A DNA stretch of 64,000 bases, from NCBI RefSeq assembly GCF_009914755.1, contig NC_060925.1; one strand, 5' to 3'. The notes under the pieces were generated by a model. That model was not told where the DNA came from and made no database searches. It worked only from the letters and a program-made list of their open reading frames with translations. The number at the start of each line of letters is the position of its first letter. The stretch's first letter is position 1. This document shows, in pieces, positions 31,098-44,637 of the stretch. Origin of the DNA: the human T2T-CHM13v2.0 reference genome, Homo sapiens. A program made the position numbers and the translations under genes.

Positions 31098-32399
31098 ACA
31101 ATGAGATCACATGGACACAGGAAGGGGAATATCACACTCTGGGGACTGTTGTGGGGTGGGGGGAGGGGGGAGGGATAGCATCGGGAGATATACCTAATGC
31201 TAGATGACGAGTTAGTGGGTGCAGCGCACCAGCATGGCACATGTATACATATGTAACTAACCTGCACAATGTGCACATGTACCCTAAAACTTAAAGTTAA
31301 TAAAAAAAAATTACTTATGGGGACAGGGTACATTATTTGGGTGATGGATACCCTAAAAGCCCTGACTTCACCATATGCAGTCTATGGATGTAAACAAAAT
31401 TATACTCATACCCCATAAATTTATACAAATAAAAAAAAGACAGAAGAAGAAAATAAAATCATCATGAAGTGCTTCTGTATGCCACTAATAGAAACATGGG
31501 GATGACTGATATGGCCAAATCTAGGAAAAGAGTCAGGTAAGCTAGTGTTTCTTATCTTATCAAAACAAAAGGGCTTCCTGGAGGAGATGAAGCATTTGGA
31601 ATGGTGGATGGGAAGAATGCTGTCTGAGCAAGAGGGCAAGGAGGCTGGACTTCCTCCGGTGTGGGCTGTTCTTGTCCTATTTACTTAAAAAAAACTTCAC
31701 TATCTTTGTCAGTCTTTGGTCTAGTTAAAATATTCCAAAGCAGTAGAAGAGTTTTAGCAGAAAGTTATGCTAACTTCCAGCAGGGTAAACCCTACCTTCA
31801 CAGTTTAAGCCACCCTCTCTCTACGGACTTCGGACCTCGACCTCCTGCCTGAGTCCCCGCTGTGCATTTCACTGTTTGTTGAACTTTTCCAATTGCACAT
31901 CCATTTGGTATCTCACATTTGAAATGTGCAAAATAAAATGTTCTTATCATTTCTCCTCTTTTTTCTTTCCTGACATCCAATTTTACTCTGAAATGCATTT
32001 CACAACCTTCTTATGATTTTCATTCCTGTCACCACTACCACAATTCTCTTTTGAGACCAGCTTACTTCATAACAGTGTACTACCATGGCCATATTTCCCA
32101 TTGCCCTGCCCCACATTCTCACTTCTCTCATATTCTGAATAGCTCCTCATATATAGTCCAGTTTAATAAATGTTAACTAAGTGCTTAGCATGTGCACAAG
32201 GTCTGGCACTTGTAGGCTTTTGATAAGTGTGTCCTATATTACACCAACTGAGATGCATATGATCTCTTTCAGGATGACAAATACAAAGTCACAAAATAGA
32301 AAGAACTGAACAAAGGGAAGGGAGAGATTAGTACAAAAGAAGAGGACAGAAAAGAACTTTCCAGCCAGTATGGGATAGTGGGCTATGTGCTGAAGGAGG

Positions 32400-32575
32400 A
32401 TCTGGGAGTCATTGCTCATCAGTGGTAGAATTGCAGCCAAGTGCAACCCTGTGCATTTTAGGTACCAGACCGTGGGCAAGTTATTCACTATCTCTGGACA
32501 ACAGTGTTCTCATTTGTAGAGCGATAATTAAACACTAGATCATCACCAAGGTCCTTCCTAGAGGGACAATTCTTT
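32400..32575 (+). mobile_element. MIR3-like
   Basis: gaccgtgggcaagttattcactatctctggacaacagtgttctcatttgta...aaggtccttcc. Confidence 0.6.
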
Positions 32576-34050
32576 GATCATTTTGCTGACTTTTTGTCAT
32601 TTTCCAGTTCTGCCTATAGGCTTAGAATTGGGGTGATGATCAAAAATTTAGTTCTGAAATAAGCAAGTCAATAACTTGCCTGAAAATTTGAGTCCTTGAG
32701 TTAGTAAACATGACAATAGGCATGCCAGTTCATATTGAGCTAACAGACAGATGCACAAGTGATATGCTCCTGCAAGACTTTAATCTGCATCACTATTCTT
32801 GGGAGTGATGTTGATGATTATGGCTAGCCACCAAGAAAGGTGTGTATGTAAGGTCCCTAACCTGGAGCAGTACTTAGTCACCACCCCTGTGCTCCTGTAA
32901 GAGTTCACCTTATTCTTGACTTTCAACTCCTAAAGTTCTACTATAATCCTTGTTTATAATGCTCTAAACAGTGCTTTGAAAGGCCCAGGCAATACACTAT
33001 GCAAGTCTATCAGATACATCCTGGGACATGGTTAGTTAAGGTCACCAAACTGAGACACAGAGAGGCTACTGTCATTCTGAACACAGACTTCTGGAAATCT
33101 GGCTCCAGAGTATGTATTAACTCAACTGTCGTAAGAGAAATCATGAGATCAAAACAACTCCAACTTTAAATATTACTTAGAGTCTTATTTTAAATTGGCT
33201 AATGTTGAGTACATGGCCTAACTTCCCTGGCTCATTAAATGCCAAAATATTACTTTTGAGGAGCAGCACTAGGGGTCTGGAAATCATCTCAGGAAAAATA
33301 AATCATATGTCTTTTAATTCTTCCCAAACCTGGGAAGAGTTATTGTCATCAAGGATAATAAATTTTATCACTAACAAGTCTAGGAAAAGTTAATTTTGGT
33401 CCCGGGATAAGATTAATAGAAGGAAATCATTCATATGCATTCTTTGCTCTTCCAGCCAAGTTAATTTTCTCTCAGCATTCTCTCTCTCCATGCAACTTTT
33501 TCTTTCCTTCACCTCTATCAGCTTTTGCCTCGCAGGGTTTGACTCTTCTCTATCAGGACTTGAACTTCGCCCACTCTTCATAGAACTCTGTTATTGGTGC
33601 TCTCCCAAACTCATTCCCTTTGAAGTTTTTCATTATCAAGATATCCAATTGGAAGATCACACAGTTGTGTGATAGTGGACAAGACTCTTAACCCCTGTGT
33701 CTCATTATGTTTAATCTTTGAAATGAGAGTGTAGACTATGAAGGACCTGTCTAACTCTAAGAGCTATGGTTCAAGATGTGGAAATTTGTATGCATTTTCC
33801 TTCTTTGTAGGAACTAGATTGAAGATTCAGATATAAGGGGAACAGAAACAGATCTGCAGCTCTGTTTGAATAGAAATAAAACATAGAAGACACATTTCGA
33901 TCTCTCTCTGCAAAGTGGATTACCCTCTTCTTCAAATTAATGCTATCTCTATTCTTCCTGATATCCATCCTGTAAGGTCAGGGTCATTTTGATTATTTCC
34001 ATTCCTATAGGCTCCCTTCCCATTTAAGGTCACCATGGTGTGAACTGTAG

Positions 34051-34135
34051 TATTAGGTTGAACCATATTAAATTGCCTTTATTTTGCAGGACAAAAATGG
34101 TCTGATACTAGCAGTTTCATCTGGTCAACCTAGTA
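34051..34135. mobile_element. MADE2 (mariner-derived MITE)
   Basis: ~85 bp with imperfect terminal inverted repeats tattaggttgaaccat...ctggtcaacctagta and TA ends. Confidence 0.85.
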
Positions 34136-34331
34136 CACAAGCCTTTATTGAAACTCTTCCCTCAGTCTTGCCACTATTGTTATGCCCTCTCTCCCACCAT
34201 ATCCCTTTGACCAGCTGACAAACTTCTACTCATCTTCCCAGGTTTTGCTCAGGTATGAACTTCATCTCTGCAACTTTCTCTGATTTCTTGGAGTACTTGT
34301 ATTCGTAGTACTTCACATACTTCATTTGTGA

Positions 34332-34800
34332 TGTCAGGGTACCAGTAGGAAACACATGGCATACTCAAGTTGGGGAAATAAAGGAGAGTTTAATGAGGGC
34401 ATCATTTATAAATATGTGGTCATAATGAAGGGAAACTAGCAAGCGATGTTGAAACACCTGTTTCAACAGCAGGGAGATATTGCTCACCCCAGGGCCTGAA
34501 GAAGCAAGATGAAAGAGAAATTACTGCTTCCTGGAGAGAGCCATAGGAGAACCGAAGAGAGGCCTACACTTAGGAGTTGCGGCCCTCAGTAGAGAAATGC
34601 TTCCATTTGTAACCTGCAATCCAGCAGGGAGGAAATCAGCAAAGAAACACCCTGTTTTTTCCTCTCTTCTTGTCATGTCATCTCTGCCTCTGCTTCCAAC
34701 TTGCCAGACCCAGTTTAGCCAGAGGCAAGAATCCTGTTGTCCTCACAGGTCAGCTTCCCAGGGCTAGAGCAGGATGGAAGGGGATCTGCTGAAAGTCAGA
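34332..34800 (-). mobile_element. ERVL solo LTR (LTR33-like)
   Basis: tgtcagggtaccagtaggaaacacatggcatactcaagttgggg...gagagtttaat matches my recall of the LTR33 terminus. Confidence 0.7.
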
Positions 34801-34979
34801 GATGCTTCTGTGTCAGCAACTGGCCAAGATGAGTTGGTGACCTTACTGCCAACTTTTGTTTATCATAAATTTCCATTTGCATCTTGAAGAAGAAGGCACA
34901 TCTAGCAGAATTAGACAATTTATCCTTTGTGAGGGAAACAGGAGCTTGGAGCATGTTTCAAGAGAGATAATTCACATTC

Positions 34980-35635
34980 ATTTTTTTAAAGTTAGGAAAT
35001 ATTTTGGACATAGAAAAGGAAACAATAATGTAATGGACACTCAATGTTCCCACCACTAGGTTCAAGCAATTGTTAATATTTTACCATATTTATTTCAGAT
35101 ACTTATTTAGAGAAACAAAATGTGAGAGATTCAGCTATAGCTGTCTCCTCTAAATCCCATCCTCCTTCCTTCTTAGAGGTAACCATTTCCTTGTAGTAGG
35201 TCACTTTTCCATAATTTTGTTTCACATTTATAAATGATATGCATTGTCTTGTATGCTGAAATGTGTATGAATAGCATTTTATGGTGTAAAATATACCCTT
35301 TGCCACTTTTTGTTTTACTTAACTGTATTTTTGAGATTTATCTATGCTAATAAATTAGATCTGGTTCATTCATCATAACAACTGCTCTTTGTGTGACTAT
35401 ATCATAATTTATTCATCTATGCTTATATTGATGGATATTTAGGTTCTTCCAGATTTTTTTCCTTTCTTTTTGGTGTTACAGATAATGCTGCATTAAACAC
35501 AGTTGTACCTGTGTACTGTGCAAGAGCACTTCTAGAAGAGGAATTGATGGCTGACAGGAAATATGCATCTTCAACTTTACTGTTAGTGTTACTGCTAAGC
35601 TATCCTTCAAATCAGTTGCACCAATTTATAAAGTT
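34980..35635 (-). mobile_element. Old L1 3' fragment (L1ME-like)
   Basis: gaggtaaccatt...gatggatatttaggttcttcca...aatcagttgcaccaattta. Confidence 0.75.
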
Positions 35636-37494
35636 GTGGATCAGAGGCATGTTAAGGCCTCTTCATGGTTGCCCTAGGGTGTAATTCCCCAAGATGTTGT
35701 TTCTAGAGAGTTTAGGACAGTCATAGTGAAGGCTACCTCCTATGGGATCACTATATTTATGCTAAATCTGGCACTGCTGCTCAGAGACGTGAAGAGACTT
35801 GCCTGGCATGGCTCCCTGTAGTCCCACGGCTGAGTCAAGGGAGCATAACTGCTGTGTGCCAAGTGGCTTGACCTGGAGAAGCTTGAGCCAGTTCCTGGGA
35901 TGAGAAGCAGCAGTGACTGATCATGTAATTTAGTGTGCTTAGAGCTCCTTCAGATAAAAACAATCCTTGCAGAAGTCAGTGAGGGTCATGTAGATTCTTG
36001 TAAACAAAGTAAGAAAGGTCACTTTATGGTTTCTGAGTCTTGAAAAGAGGCACAAACTCAGCAGTAGCCAATTATGCTCTACATTATTCTGTATATTTTC
36101 TCTGTGTGCCCAAACCCTTCAGTTTGTTTTACTATTAAGTGGAGGAAGGTGCAGGTTGTTTTTAAGAGCCTGACGCTTATACAGTTTGGGGGGTATGTTT
36201 TAGGAAAAAATACAAAATTGCCAATATAAAATTAAGGTCTTGGTAAAACTACCTCTCCTTTGGTGATGTTGTGAGGGAGAAGGAGGGGAAGGGGTATCTG
36301 TGAAGGTATTGCTAAGGCACCAGGCAGTGAGGAAGATGGAGGACAGAGGTGAAGAAGCAGTTATTAGGCACACATCCGGCCTGCACAAAGCTTAGGAGGT
36401 GACATATTGGGAGGGCACGTGTGTGTGTATGCACAAGAGAGAGAAAGGACGGTGGAGGAAAATCTGGCAGAGAGTGGTATAAATGATGAGAAAAAATTAA
36501 ACATTAAAGGCAAACTCCTATGTGAGATGAAAGAAGGAGGGATGCTGGCACCTGTGAGTATCCTGTGATATCCACTCATTGGCTCTGCTACTACATAGAA
36601 CCAATATGACCAGTGGTATACAAAGACAGGCCAATGGTATAGCAAAGTGCAGAGATGAAATACAAAGGAGATAAGGACCCACTCTCTGACACCCTTTGCG
36701 TATGGGAGAATAAAGTCTACAATGGCTGGAACGAGACACCATTTTGGTTCTCATCAATGGTTCACTTATCTCTGTGGTTTGTGGACAGTCTTGAAAAACT
36801 AGGTATTTGCACTAAAGAGATGTACATGGCAATATACAGACAACATTTCTTATAAAGTGTCAGGGGGAGCAAGGACTGCCTCTCTTCCCCAAGGAAAGAA
36901 ACCTAAATCCATAAACTAGTCTGTGGGTGCCAGGAAGGGAAAGGGTCGGGTCTTTGTGGAAATCCTCAGTGCAGGGGAGGAGATGGTGTGGACATGCGCC
37001 AAAGGTTTTCTTTCTCTAGAAAGTATGCAACTTTGAGTAAAGGCGGGTCATATTTTCTAAACCAAAAGTGAGGAACATAGTACAGTGAAGGAACAGAATA
37101 TTTGAAACCCTAATTTTCCAGGTGCATTCTGGTCCCAGGAAAATACTTTTGGATGCCTGAGCTTCCTTGGAGAACATTGGAGAGGGACAGAAGATGCTAG
37201 GTTTATAAAGAAGCTACCCTGGGATGGGCACTTTCATAAAATCATCTCATTTAGTTTCCTCATTGAATCCATGCAATGACCCTAGGAAGTAATATAATTA
37301 TTCTGAGGCCTGGAAAGTTTTAATAATTTTTCCAAAGTTACCCTTGTTCATACATGGTAGAGCCTGGACTCTTCAGTAGGATCTGGTCTCCAGCTCTTGA
37401 GAAAGGGAGGATGATCACAAGAGTCTACCCTTATTCTGGGTCTGGTGTAGCAATGAAGAACTGCTTCTGGCTCCCTTCTATTACCTGTAACTTT

Positions 37495-37597
37495 GGAGGG
37501 AAAGGGAGAGGGAGATGGAGGGGGAGGGGTAGGGGAGGGGGAAAGGGAGGGGGAGGGGAGGGCAGGGGAAGGGGGAGAGGGAGAGGGAGAGGGAGGG
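37495..37597. repeat. G-rich polypurine low-complexity tract
   Basis: ~100 nt almost only G/A with many GGG+ runs. Confidence 0.9.
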
Positions 37598-38539
37598 TCA
37601 ACCCATTTGCCTGTGATAGCTTGTATTTTCCTTGGAGAGCCCTCTGGGAGAAGAAAGTCTGTTCTGTGTGCTCAGGGGTGAGAGGAGTGCTGAGAAAATA
37701 ACAGTTGGAACTTTATTCTGAGTACTTGTGGCATGCCAGGCACTATTTAATAAGTTAATTTATTTGTAACTTTTAAAAAGAACTATAATACACATATAGA
37801 AAAAATATATATCACAAGAATTAAATGTGCTCAATAAATTAAAACAAGTATCTGCACAACCTCCACCAAGGTGAAGAAAGAGAACAGTCACCACCCCAGA
37901 AACCTCTCTCATGCCCAGTCCTCTATCTTCACACTAGAACTTTCCTCAGTGTCAACCATTACTTGACTTTTAATGCTACAGTTTAGTTTTGCCTGGTTTT
38001 GAACTTTATCTGACTAGAACCATACAGTATTTTTTTCTTTTGTGTCTGTTTTCAAGTCACTCATTTGTGTTGTTAAAAATACTTGTAGTTTACACATTTT
38101 CATTGTTGTATAATATCCCATCGTACATATACATCATACTTTATACATTTTACTCTTGATGGGCACTTAGGTTGTTTTCAGTTTTAGGTATTATAAATAA
38201 AGCCACTATTGAATATTCTTGACCATGTCTCTTGATACTCCTATGCATGCATTTCTGTTGAGTATGTGGCTTGGTTACAGGATATGAGCACTTTCATCTA
38301 TAATACTTAATGCCAAAGTATTTTCCAAAGTGGCTGTACCAATTTATGCAACAGTGTATGAGAAATTCTGTTTCTCCAAATGCTTGTCATTGCTAATTAT
38401 TTGTAGTCTTTTAAATTTTGGCCATGCTGGTAGAAATGTAGAGCTACTATCTCATTGTGGTTTTATTTTACATTTCCATAATGACTAATGAGGTTGAACA
38501 ACTTTTCCTATTTATTAGTCATTTGGGTATTATCCTTTG

Positions 38540-38921
38540 TGTCTTAGTTCATTCTTGCTGCTATAACAGGAATACCTTAGATTGAATGATTTATAAATAA
38601 TAGGAATTTATTCCTCATAATTCTGGAGGCTGGAAATTCCAAGATCAAGACACTGGCAGATTTCACGTCTGGTAAAGGCTCATTCTTTGCTTCCAAAAAT
38701 GGTGCCTTGTTGCTGTGTCCTCATATGGTGGAAGGGAGAGATGGGCAAAAGAGTCTAACTAGTTCCCTTGAATCTTTTATGAGGGTACTAATCCCATCCA
38801 TGAAGGCAGAGCCCTCATGATTTAATCACCTTCTAAGATCCCGTCTCTTAATACTATCACATTTCATCTTAGGTTCCGATATATGAATTTTAAGTGGGGG
38901 ACATACCCTCAAACCATAGAA
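38540..38921 (-). mobile_element. MaLR solo LTR (MSTC/MSTD-like)
   Basis: tgtcttagttcattcttgctgctataaca...aaaccatagaa; degenerate TSD ctttg/gtttg. Confidence 0.85.
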
Positions 38922-39573
38922 GTTTGTAAAGTGCCTGTTCAAATTTCATGCGCACTTATCTATTGGGCTATTTTTTAAATTCTGAATGTAAACCCTTAGT
39001 CAGTTACATAAATTGCTAATACTTTCTTCCACTTTAAGTTTTAGATTTTAGTGGATTTTATCAATCTTTTTCTTTATGGTTGATGCTTGTTTTCCTCCTG
39101 TTTAAGAAGTACATTCTTCCTCACAGTCATGAAAATATTATTATATTAATATTTAGAATCTTTATTTTGCTTTTCGTGTTTAAAGTTATATTCTTCTTGG
39201 AATTGATTTCTTTATATGGTGTGAGATAAGAGTTAAGTTTATTTTTTTCCATGTGGATATCCAGTCAACTCAGTACCAGTTATTAAAAATATCATATTTT
39301 TTCCAGTACATTGCACTGCCATCTTTGTCACAAATCAAGTGTTCCTAGATGTGGGGGTTTTGGAAGTGCTATTTTATTCCATTTGTCTTGTTTGTTTATG
39401 CTTGCACAAATACTACTCTTAATTTTTGTGGTTTTATAGTGCATTTGATATTTGAGGAAAAATTTTCCCCATTTGTTTGTCTTTGTCAAGCGTCTTTGTT
39501 ATCCTTGGTTTTTGTATTTCCATACATGTTTTAAAATTAGCTTGTTAAGTTCCACCAAAAAAATTCCTACTGA

Positions 39574-39858
39574 GGCTGGGCGCAGTGGCTCACGCCTGTA
39601 ATCCCAGCACTTTGGGAGGCTGAGGTGGGCGGATCAGGTGGTCAGGAGTTCGAGACCAGCCTGGCCAACATGGCGAAACCCTGTCTCTACTAAAAATACA
39701 AAAATTAGCTGGGTTTGGTGGCAGGTGCCTGTAATCCCAGTTACTCAGGAGGCTGAGACAGGACTCAGGAGGCAGAGGTTGCAGTGAGCCAAGATTGTGC
39801 CATTGCACTCCAGCCTGGGCAACAAGAGAAAGACTCTGTCTCCAGAAAAAAAAAAAAA
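39574..39858 (+). mobile_element. Alu (AluS) with ~12-nt right-arm deletion
   Basis: Dimeric Alu with poly(A); near-perfect TSD aaaaaaattcctactga / aaaaaaattctactga. Confidence 0.95.
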
Positions 39859-40099
39859 TTCTACTGAAATTTTTATTGGAACTATGTCGAATTTACAGAT
39901 CAGTTGCAGAGACTGATAACTTTACAATATTTGTTTTTCCAAGCCATCGAACATGGATTATTATTCCATTTATTTAGGTCTTCTTCAATTGATCGCAATG
40001 ATGATTTATATCTTTCTCTGTGAAAGGCTTGCCCATTTTTTATTAGAATAATTTCGGGGTATCTAATATTTTTAATGGTTTCATAAATGGCACCCCCTT

Positions 40100-41880
40100 T
40101 TAAATTGAGGTTTAATTTGTAAACAGTAAAATGCATAGATCTTAAGTATGCAGTTTGATGGGATTTTGACAATAGTGTACATTTATGTATACTAGATATG
40201 TGTAAGATATATAAATTTTCATGACCCCTGAAAGATTTCTTCTCTTTCTTTGAGTCAATCCCTCCTCCCTCCCTCCTCAGAGGTAACCACTGTTCTATGT
40301 TCTTATTTCTTTCACTATAGATTAGTTTTTCCATTCAAAATGTCATAGAAGTGAAATCATGCAGTATGGACTCTGTTGTGTCTGGCTTCTTCAATTCAGC
40401 ATAAATCTTGAGGTTCACCTATATTATTGTATGTATCAGTAGTTCTATCTTGTATTTTGCTTAGTAGTGTTCAGTTGCATAGATGTCCTACAATTTGTTT
40501 TTACATTCTCCTATTGATGAAAATATGGATTGTTTCTAGTTTTTGGCTATTAGAAATAAAGCTTCACTGAACATTCTCGTATAAGTCTTTGTGTGGACAT
40601 ATGTTTTCACTTCTTGTGGGAAAATACCTAGAGATGGAATAGCTGGGTCATAGGTAGGTGTATATTTAACTTTATCAGAAACTACCATATGTATTTCCAA
40701 AGTGAATATACCATTTGACATTCCCACCAGCAATATTTGAAGTTTATTTGTTACATATCCTCACCAATATTTGGTATTGTAATTGTTTTTAATTTTAGTC
40801 ATTCCAGTGGACGTGTTGATATCTTATCATGGTTTTAATTTTGTTTCTCTGATGGCTAATGATCTTGAGTATCTTTTCATGTACTTACTAATCATTTACA
40901 GATCATCATTTGTCAAGTATATATTCAAATCTTTTGCCCATTTAAAGAAAAATGGATTGTTTATATTTTTATTGTTGAGTTGCAAGTGTATCAAAAATAT
41001 ATTCTTAACATGTCCTTTGTCAGAAGTTGTGAATATTTCCTTTCAGTCTGTCTTGCTTTTCATTTTTTTCATAGTGCCTTTTGATGAGCAGAAGTTTTTA
41101 AATTTTGCTATAATTAATTTATCAAGTTTTGTCTTTTATAATTACTACTTTCTGAGTCCTATCTTTTTTTAGTTATCTAACCAAAGATTGCAAAGCTTTT
41201 CTCCTATGTTGTCTTCCAAAAGCTTTATAGTTTTAGCTTTTGCATTTAGTTATGTAATCCATCTATAATCCATTTTATGTATGGGTTGAGGTTCTTTTTT
41301 TCAGCTATAGTAGGCGATCTTTCTAGCACCATTTGTTAAAAAGATTTCCCTTTCCTCATTCATCTGTTTTGGCACATTGGTAAAATATTAATTGACCATA
41401 TAACATGGGTCTATTTTTGGACTCTGCTTATTCTATTGATCTAGTTGACTATCTGTTTATCTTTATGCTACAACACTGTCTTAATCACAGTGGGTTTATA
41501 ATAAGTCTTGAAGTCATGTAGAGTAAGTTCTCAGAGTTTGTTTTTTCGAAGATTGTTTTGATTATTAATGTTTCCATATAGATTTTAGAATCAGCTTGTC
41601 AATTTCTAAAAAAAAAATGTCTTTGAGGATTTTCATTGAGATTGTGTTAAATATACAGGTCAATCTAAGGAAACTGACAAAATATTGAGTCTTTTAAACC
41701 ATGAACATGGTATACTTCTGTATTTATTTAAAACTTCATTACTTTCTTTCAGTAATGTACAATAGTTTTTTATATGGGACTCTTCCACATGTGGCTTCAA
41801 ATTTATCTTTGAATGTGTTATGTTTTTGATGCCATTATCAATAATACTTATGATTTCATTTTCCATTTGTTTTGCTAGAA
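40100..41880 (-). mobile_element. Second old L1 (L1MD/L1ME1-like) 3' portion
   Basis: A new reverse 3' end starts at aaattgaggtttaatttgtaaacagtaaaatgc; minus-strand ORFs 40536-40733 and 41660-41986 contain ORF2-like peptides (DPAIPSLGIFP, IPCSW). Confidence 0.8.
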
Positions 41881-41924
41881 CTAAAAATACAACATATTTT
41901 AAAAATATTTTGAGCTTATTTATT

Positions 41925-43895
41925 AATTTGTTATCTACTGCTGTGTAACAAATTACCTCAAAACTTAGCAGCTTAAAAAAATACAACTATTTATAATCTC
42001 ACAGTTTCTGTGGGTCAGAAATCCAGGAATGACTTAGCTGGCTCAAACTCTCTCATGAGTGGCAGTCAACTGTTGGCCAAGGCTGCAGTTGAATCACAGA
42101 TTCAACAGGGGCTACAGAATATTCTTTCAAGGTCACTCACATGGCTGTTGGCAGGAGGCTGTAGTTCCTTATCATGTAGTCATCTGCATAAGACTACACG
42201 TGACATGGCAGCTGGACTTCCCTGGAGTAAATGATCTGAGAAAGAGAGAGGAAGATAGAGTACCCAAGGCAGAAGTTGCATAACCTAATCTCAGAAATGA
42301 TATGCTATCATACCTACCCTATACTTAGCCAGACAAACTTTGGTACAATATGGAAGAGGGCCACAAAAGGATGTGAATGCCTGGAAGTGGGAACCATCCT
42401 GGAATATCCTGGAGTCCAGCTACCATAGTCTGTTCTCCAGCCCCCAATAACTCATATCTCTCCCACATGCAAAATGTACTCGTCCCATCCCCAGACCCAA
42501 AAAAAATTTATCCCGTTACAAAATCAGCTCAGAGTTCAGAATTTCGTCTTCTAAATCAGGTCCAGGTCCTCAGACATAGTTCCCTCAGCACAACTCCATG
42601 AGTACAGTTCTTCTCAGTTTGTAGACCAATGAACTTAGGAAACAAGTTATCTGTCCCCTGCACACCCAACATACAATGGTGCCATAGGTAGAGGACAGCC
42701 AACATAGACACTCCTGTTTAAAAAGGGAGAAACTGAGGCACAAAAGAATCACTGGTTCATATCAGTTCTGAAATCCAGATAAATGTTGTAAGTTCTATTA
42801 GAACTCAATCCTACTTCTGCCTGAAAATTACTCTATAGTTCTTGGTATTGTTCTCTAGATTCTTGGTTCCCTTTTGAATCATCCTTCCTTTCATTATTCA
42901 TGAAAGGTGTAATGTATTTGCAGCTGACTGATTTTATTTTCAGCCTATTTCTCGCTTATGGAAGTTGGAGGATTCAAAAGTTTCTTTTCATTTTATACCA
43001 TCTCTGTCACTTTCAATCTGTGTCATGAGTATACCCGGTGATATAAGTCTCTCAAAATCTCTGTGGTCCTCCTGTGAATCTCACTGGGGTTTGCTTCATT
43101 AGACAAATTTACACCTACAGATATCTTTGAGATAAATCCTCTCCACGTAAATCTTCTTTTGAGAAGGGTGAGGAACTTAAGCTTTTTAGAACCCTTATTA
43201 TTTTATATATAGGTGCTGTGAAGCAAAATTTAAAGTCTTTAGCAGGTATTTTGTCTGAGTTAACATATTCTGAAAAACCACCTTTTAACTTAAAAAAGCT
43301 TCTAAAAAAGGATTTTATAGTTACACCCTTGGCTTCATCTTTAGAACATTGTTTCTAGAGGGTGTCCTGGATTTGACCTTTGCTTGGGAGCAATTTCTTA
43401 ATTTTAGTATTGTCTGCCATCTGGAGAGCCTTTGAATCTTCACAACCAGCCAGATCCCATCTTCTTTTGGTTTAATAGTGCTTTCCTTAGCTTCTCTCTC
43501 TCCTTTCACATATTAATATAAGCAGCCACAAGAAACCAGATGGCACCCTCAACACTCTGGCTGGAAATCTTAGCTAAATTTTCTACCTTTCACATTACTG
43601 CAGGAGACAGTGCTGCTAAACTTTCTGCCATGGCATAACAAGGAGCTCCTGTCTTCAAATTTCCAAGATTTTCCTTTTTTTTTTTTTTTTAAGACCTCAC
43701 AAACAACCTCTTTAAAGTCTAATTTTACTAACCGCGTGTTCGAGGCAATTTAGGATTTCATTAATGTTTTCCTTAAAGTCCGTATAGCCATTCCATCTTC
43801 TGCTCACTGTCTGGTTCAAATGCCAATCCTACATTTTAGATTTTTGTTGTGCTAGCACCCCATTTCCAGGCACTAAAATTTGTATCCGTAGATAT
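41925..43895 (-). mobile_element. MaLR provirus relic: MLT1F/G/H-like LTR (41925-42427) plus internal region (42428-43890)
   Basis: LTR gctgtgtaacaaattacctcaaaacttagcagcttaaaa...ctaccata; internal region starts ...cccacatgcaaaat and ends agcaccccatttccaggcactaaaatt. Confidence 0.75.
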
Positions 43896-44130
43896 AGTAG
43901 AAAGTAGACATTTTTAGATTATTAAATGGTGAGTCATTTGACCCACCAAGAAAAAACATATAAAGGAGAGATGCCTTGGCATATACTGCTTCTTTCAATG
44001 GATGGTCATCTGGTTCCATCTAGAGTCCCTGAGGTAGTGTGAACCAGACCTGCAAAACTCTAGTGGCCTTGGGAGGAGTTGATGATAAACACATAAGGAA
44101 AAATCTAGGTCAGTGCTAAGTGTTTAAGAA

Positions 44131-44186
44131 CACACTCACACACACACACACACACATACACACACACAGAAAGAGAGAGAGAGAGA
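44131..44186. repeat. Compound (CA)n(GA)n microsatellite, followed by a MIR (minus, ~44195-44340)
   Basis: Direct reading; MIR core tacagatgaggaagctgtgattcagaagggtaaagtgacttgtccaaggtcac. Confidence 0.9.
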
Positions 44187-44637
44187 AACCTAAACTGATC
44201 TCATATTACAGATGAGGAAGCTGTGATTCAGAAGGGTAAAGTGACTTGTCCAAGGTCACCATGGCCAATTAATAGTTGAGACAGGAATAAAACCAGTTCT
44301 TTTAATTTTCTCCAGTGTTCTTTCCAGGTACCATATGGCCTCAGGCTCCCATCATGTTGCATGCCTTCAACAAAGCATCTCTGCCTGAGAGGTCTCAGTG
44401 GCAATGCATGGGAAGAAAACAAAGGGAAGAATGTTGGAGTTTCCTGTTAGAATTTCCTGTTAGAATATTTTACATTCTGAAGTAAGTCAGCTTACTAATG
44501 CTTGGACAACTAATGGTGCTCATGGGAACCTTTCCATTGAGAGTCTGAAGATCTGAGAAATTCACTATGACATCTTCAGATACAGAGGTTGATCCCTGGC
44601 TCCTTCTCTTGTCTTTGTTTTGGTTTCAGCAGTGATG

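Larger units (their letters stand above)
37760..40095 (-). mobile_element. Old L1 (L1ME-like) 3' portion carrying MST and Alu insertions
   Basis: T-rich reverse L1 3'UTR/ORF2 motifs (ttttccaaagtggctgtaccaattta; ccatgtggatatccagt). Confidence 0.8.

Noticed and set aside
37354-37701. 115-aa ORF with RG/RGG repeats resembling an RNA-binding protein
   Set aside because: The RG tract is just the translation of the G-rich simple repeat, the N-terminus lies in a MIR, and there is no exon structure.
40783-41172. 129-aa hydrophobic ORF
   Set aside because: Antisense reading of A-rich L1 ORF2; a common artefact.
44440-44465. 13-bp tandem duplication tttcctgttagaa x2
   Set aside because: Ordinary slippage duplication with no array or spacer structure.
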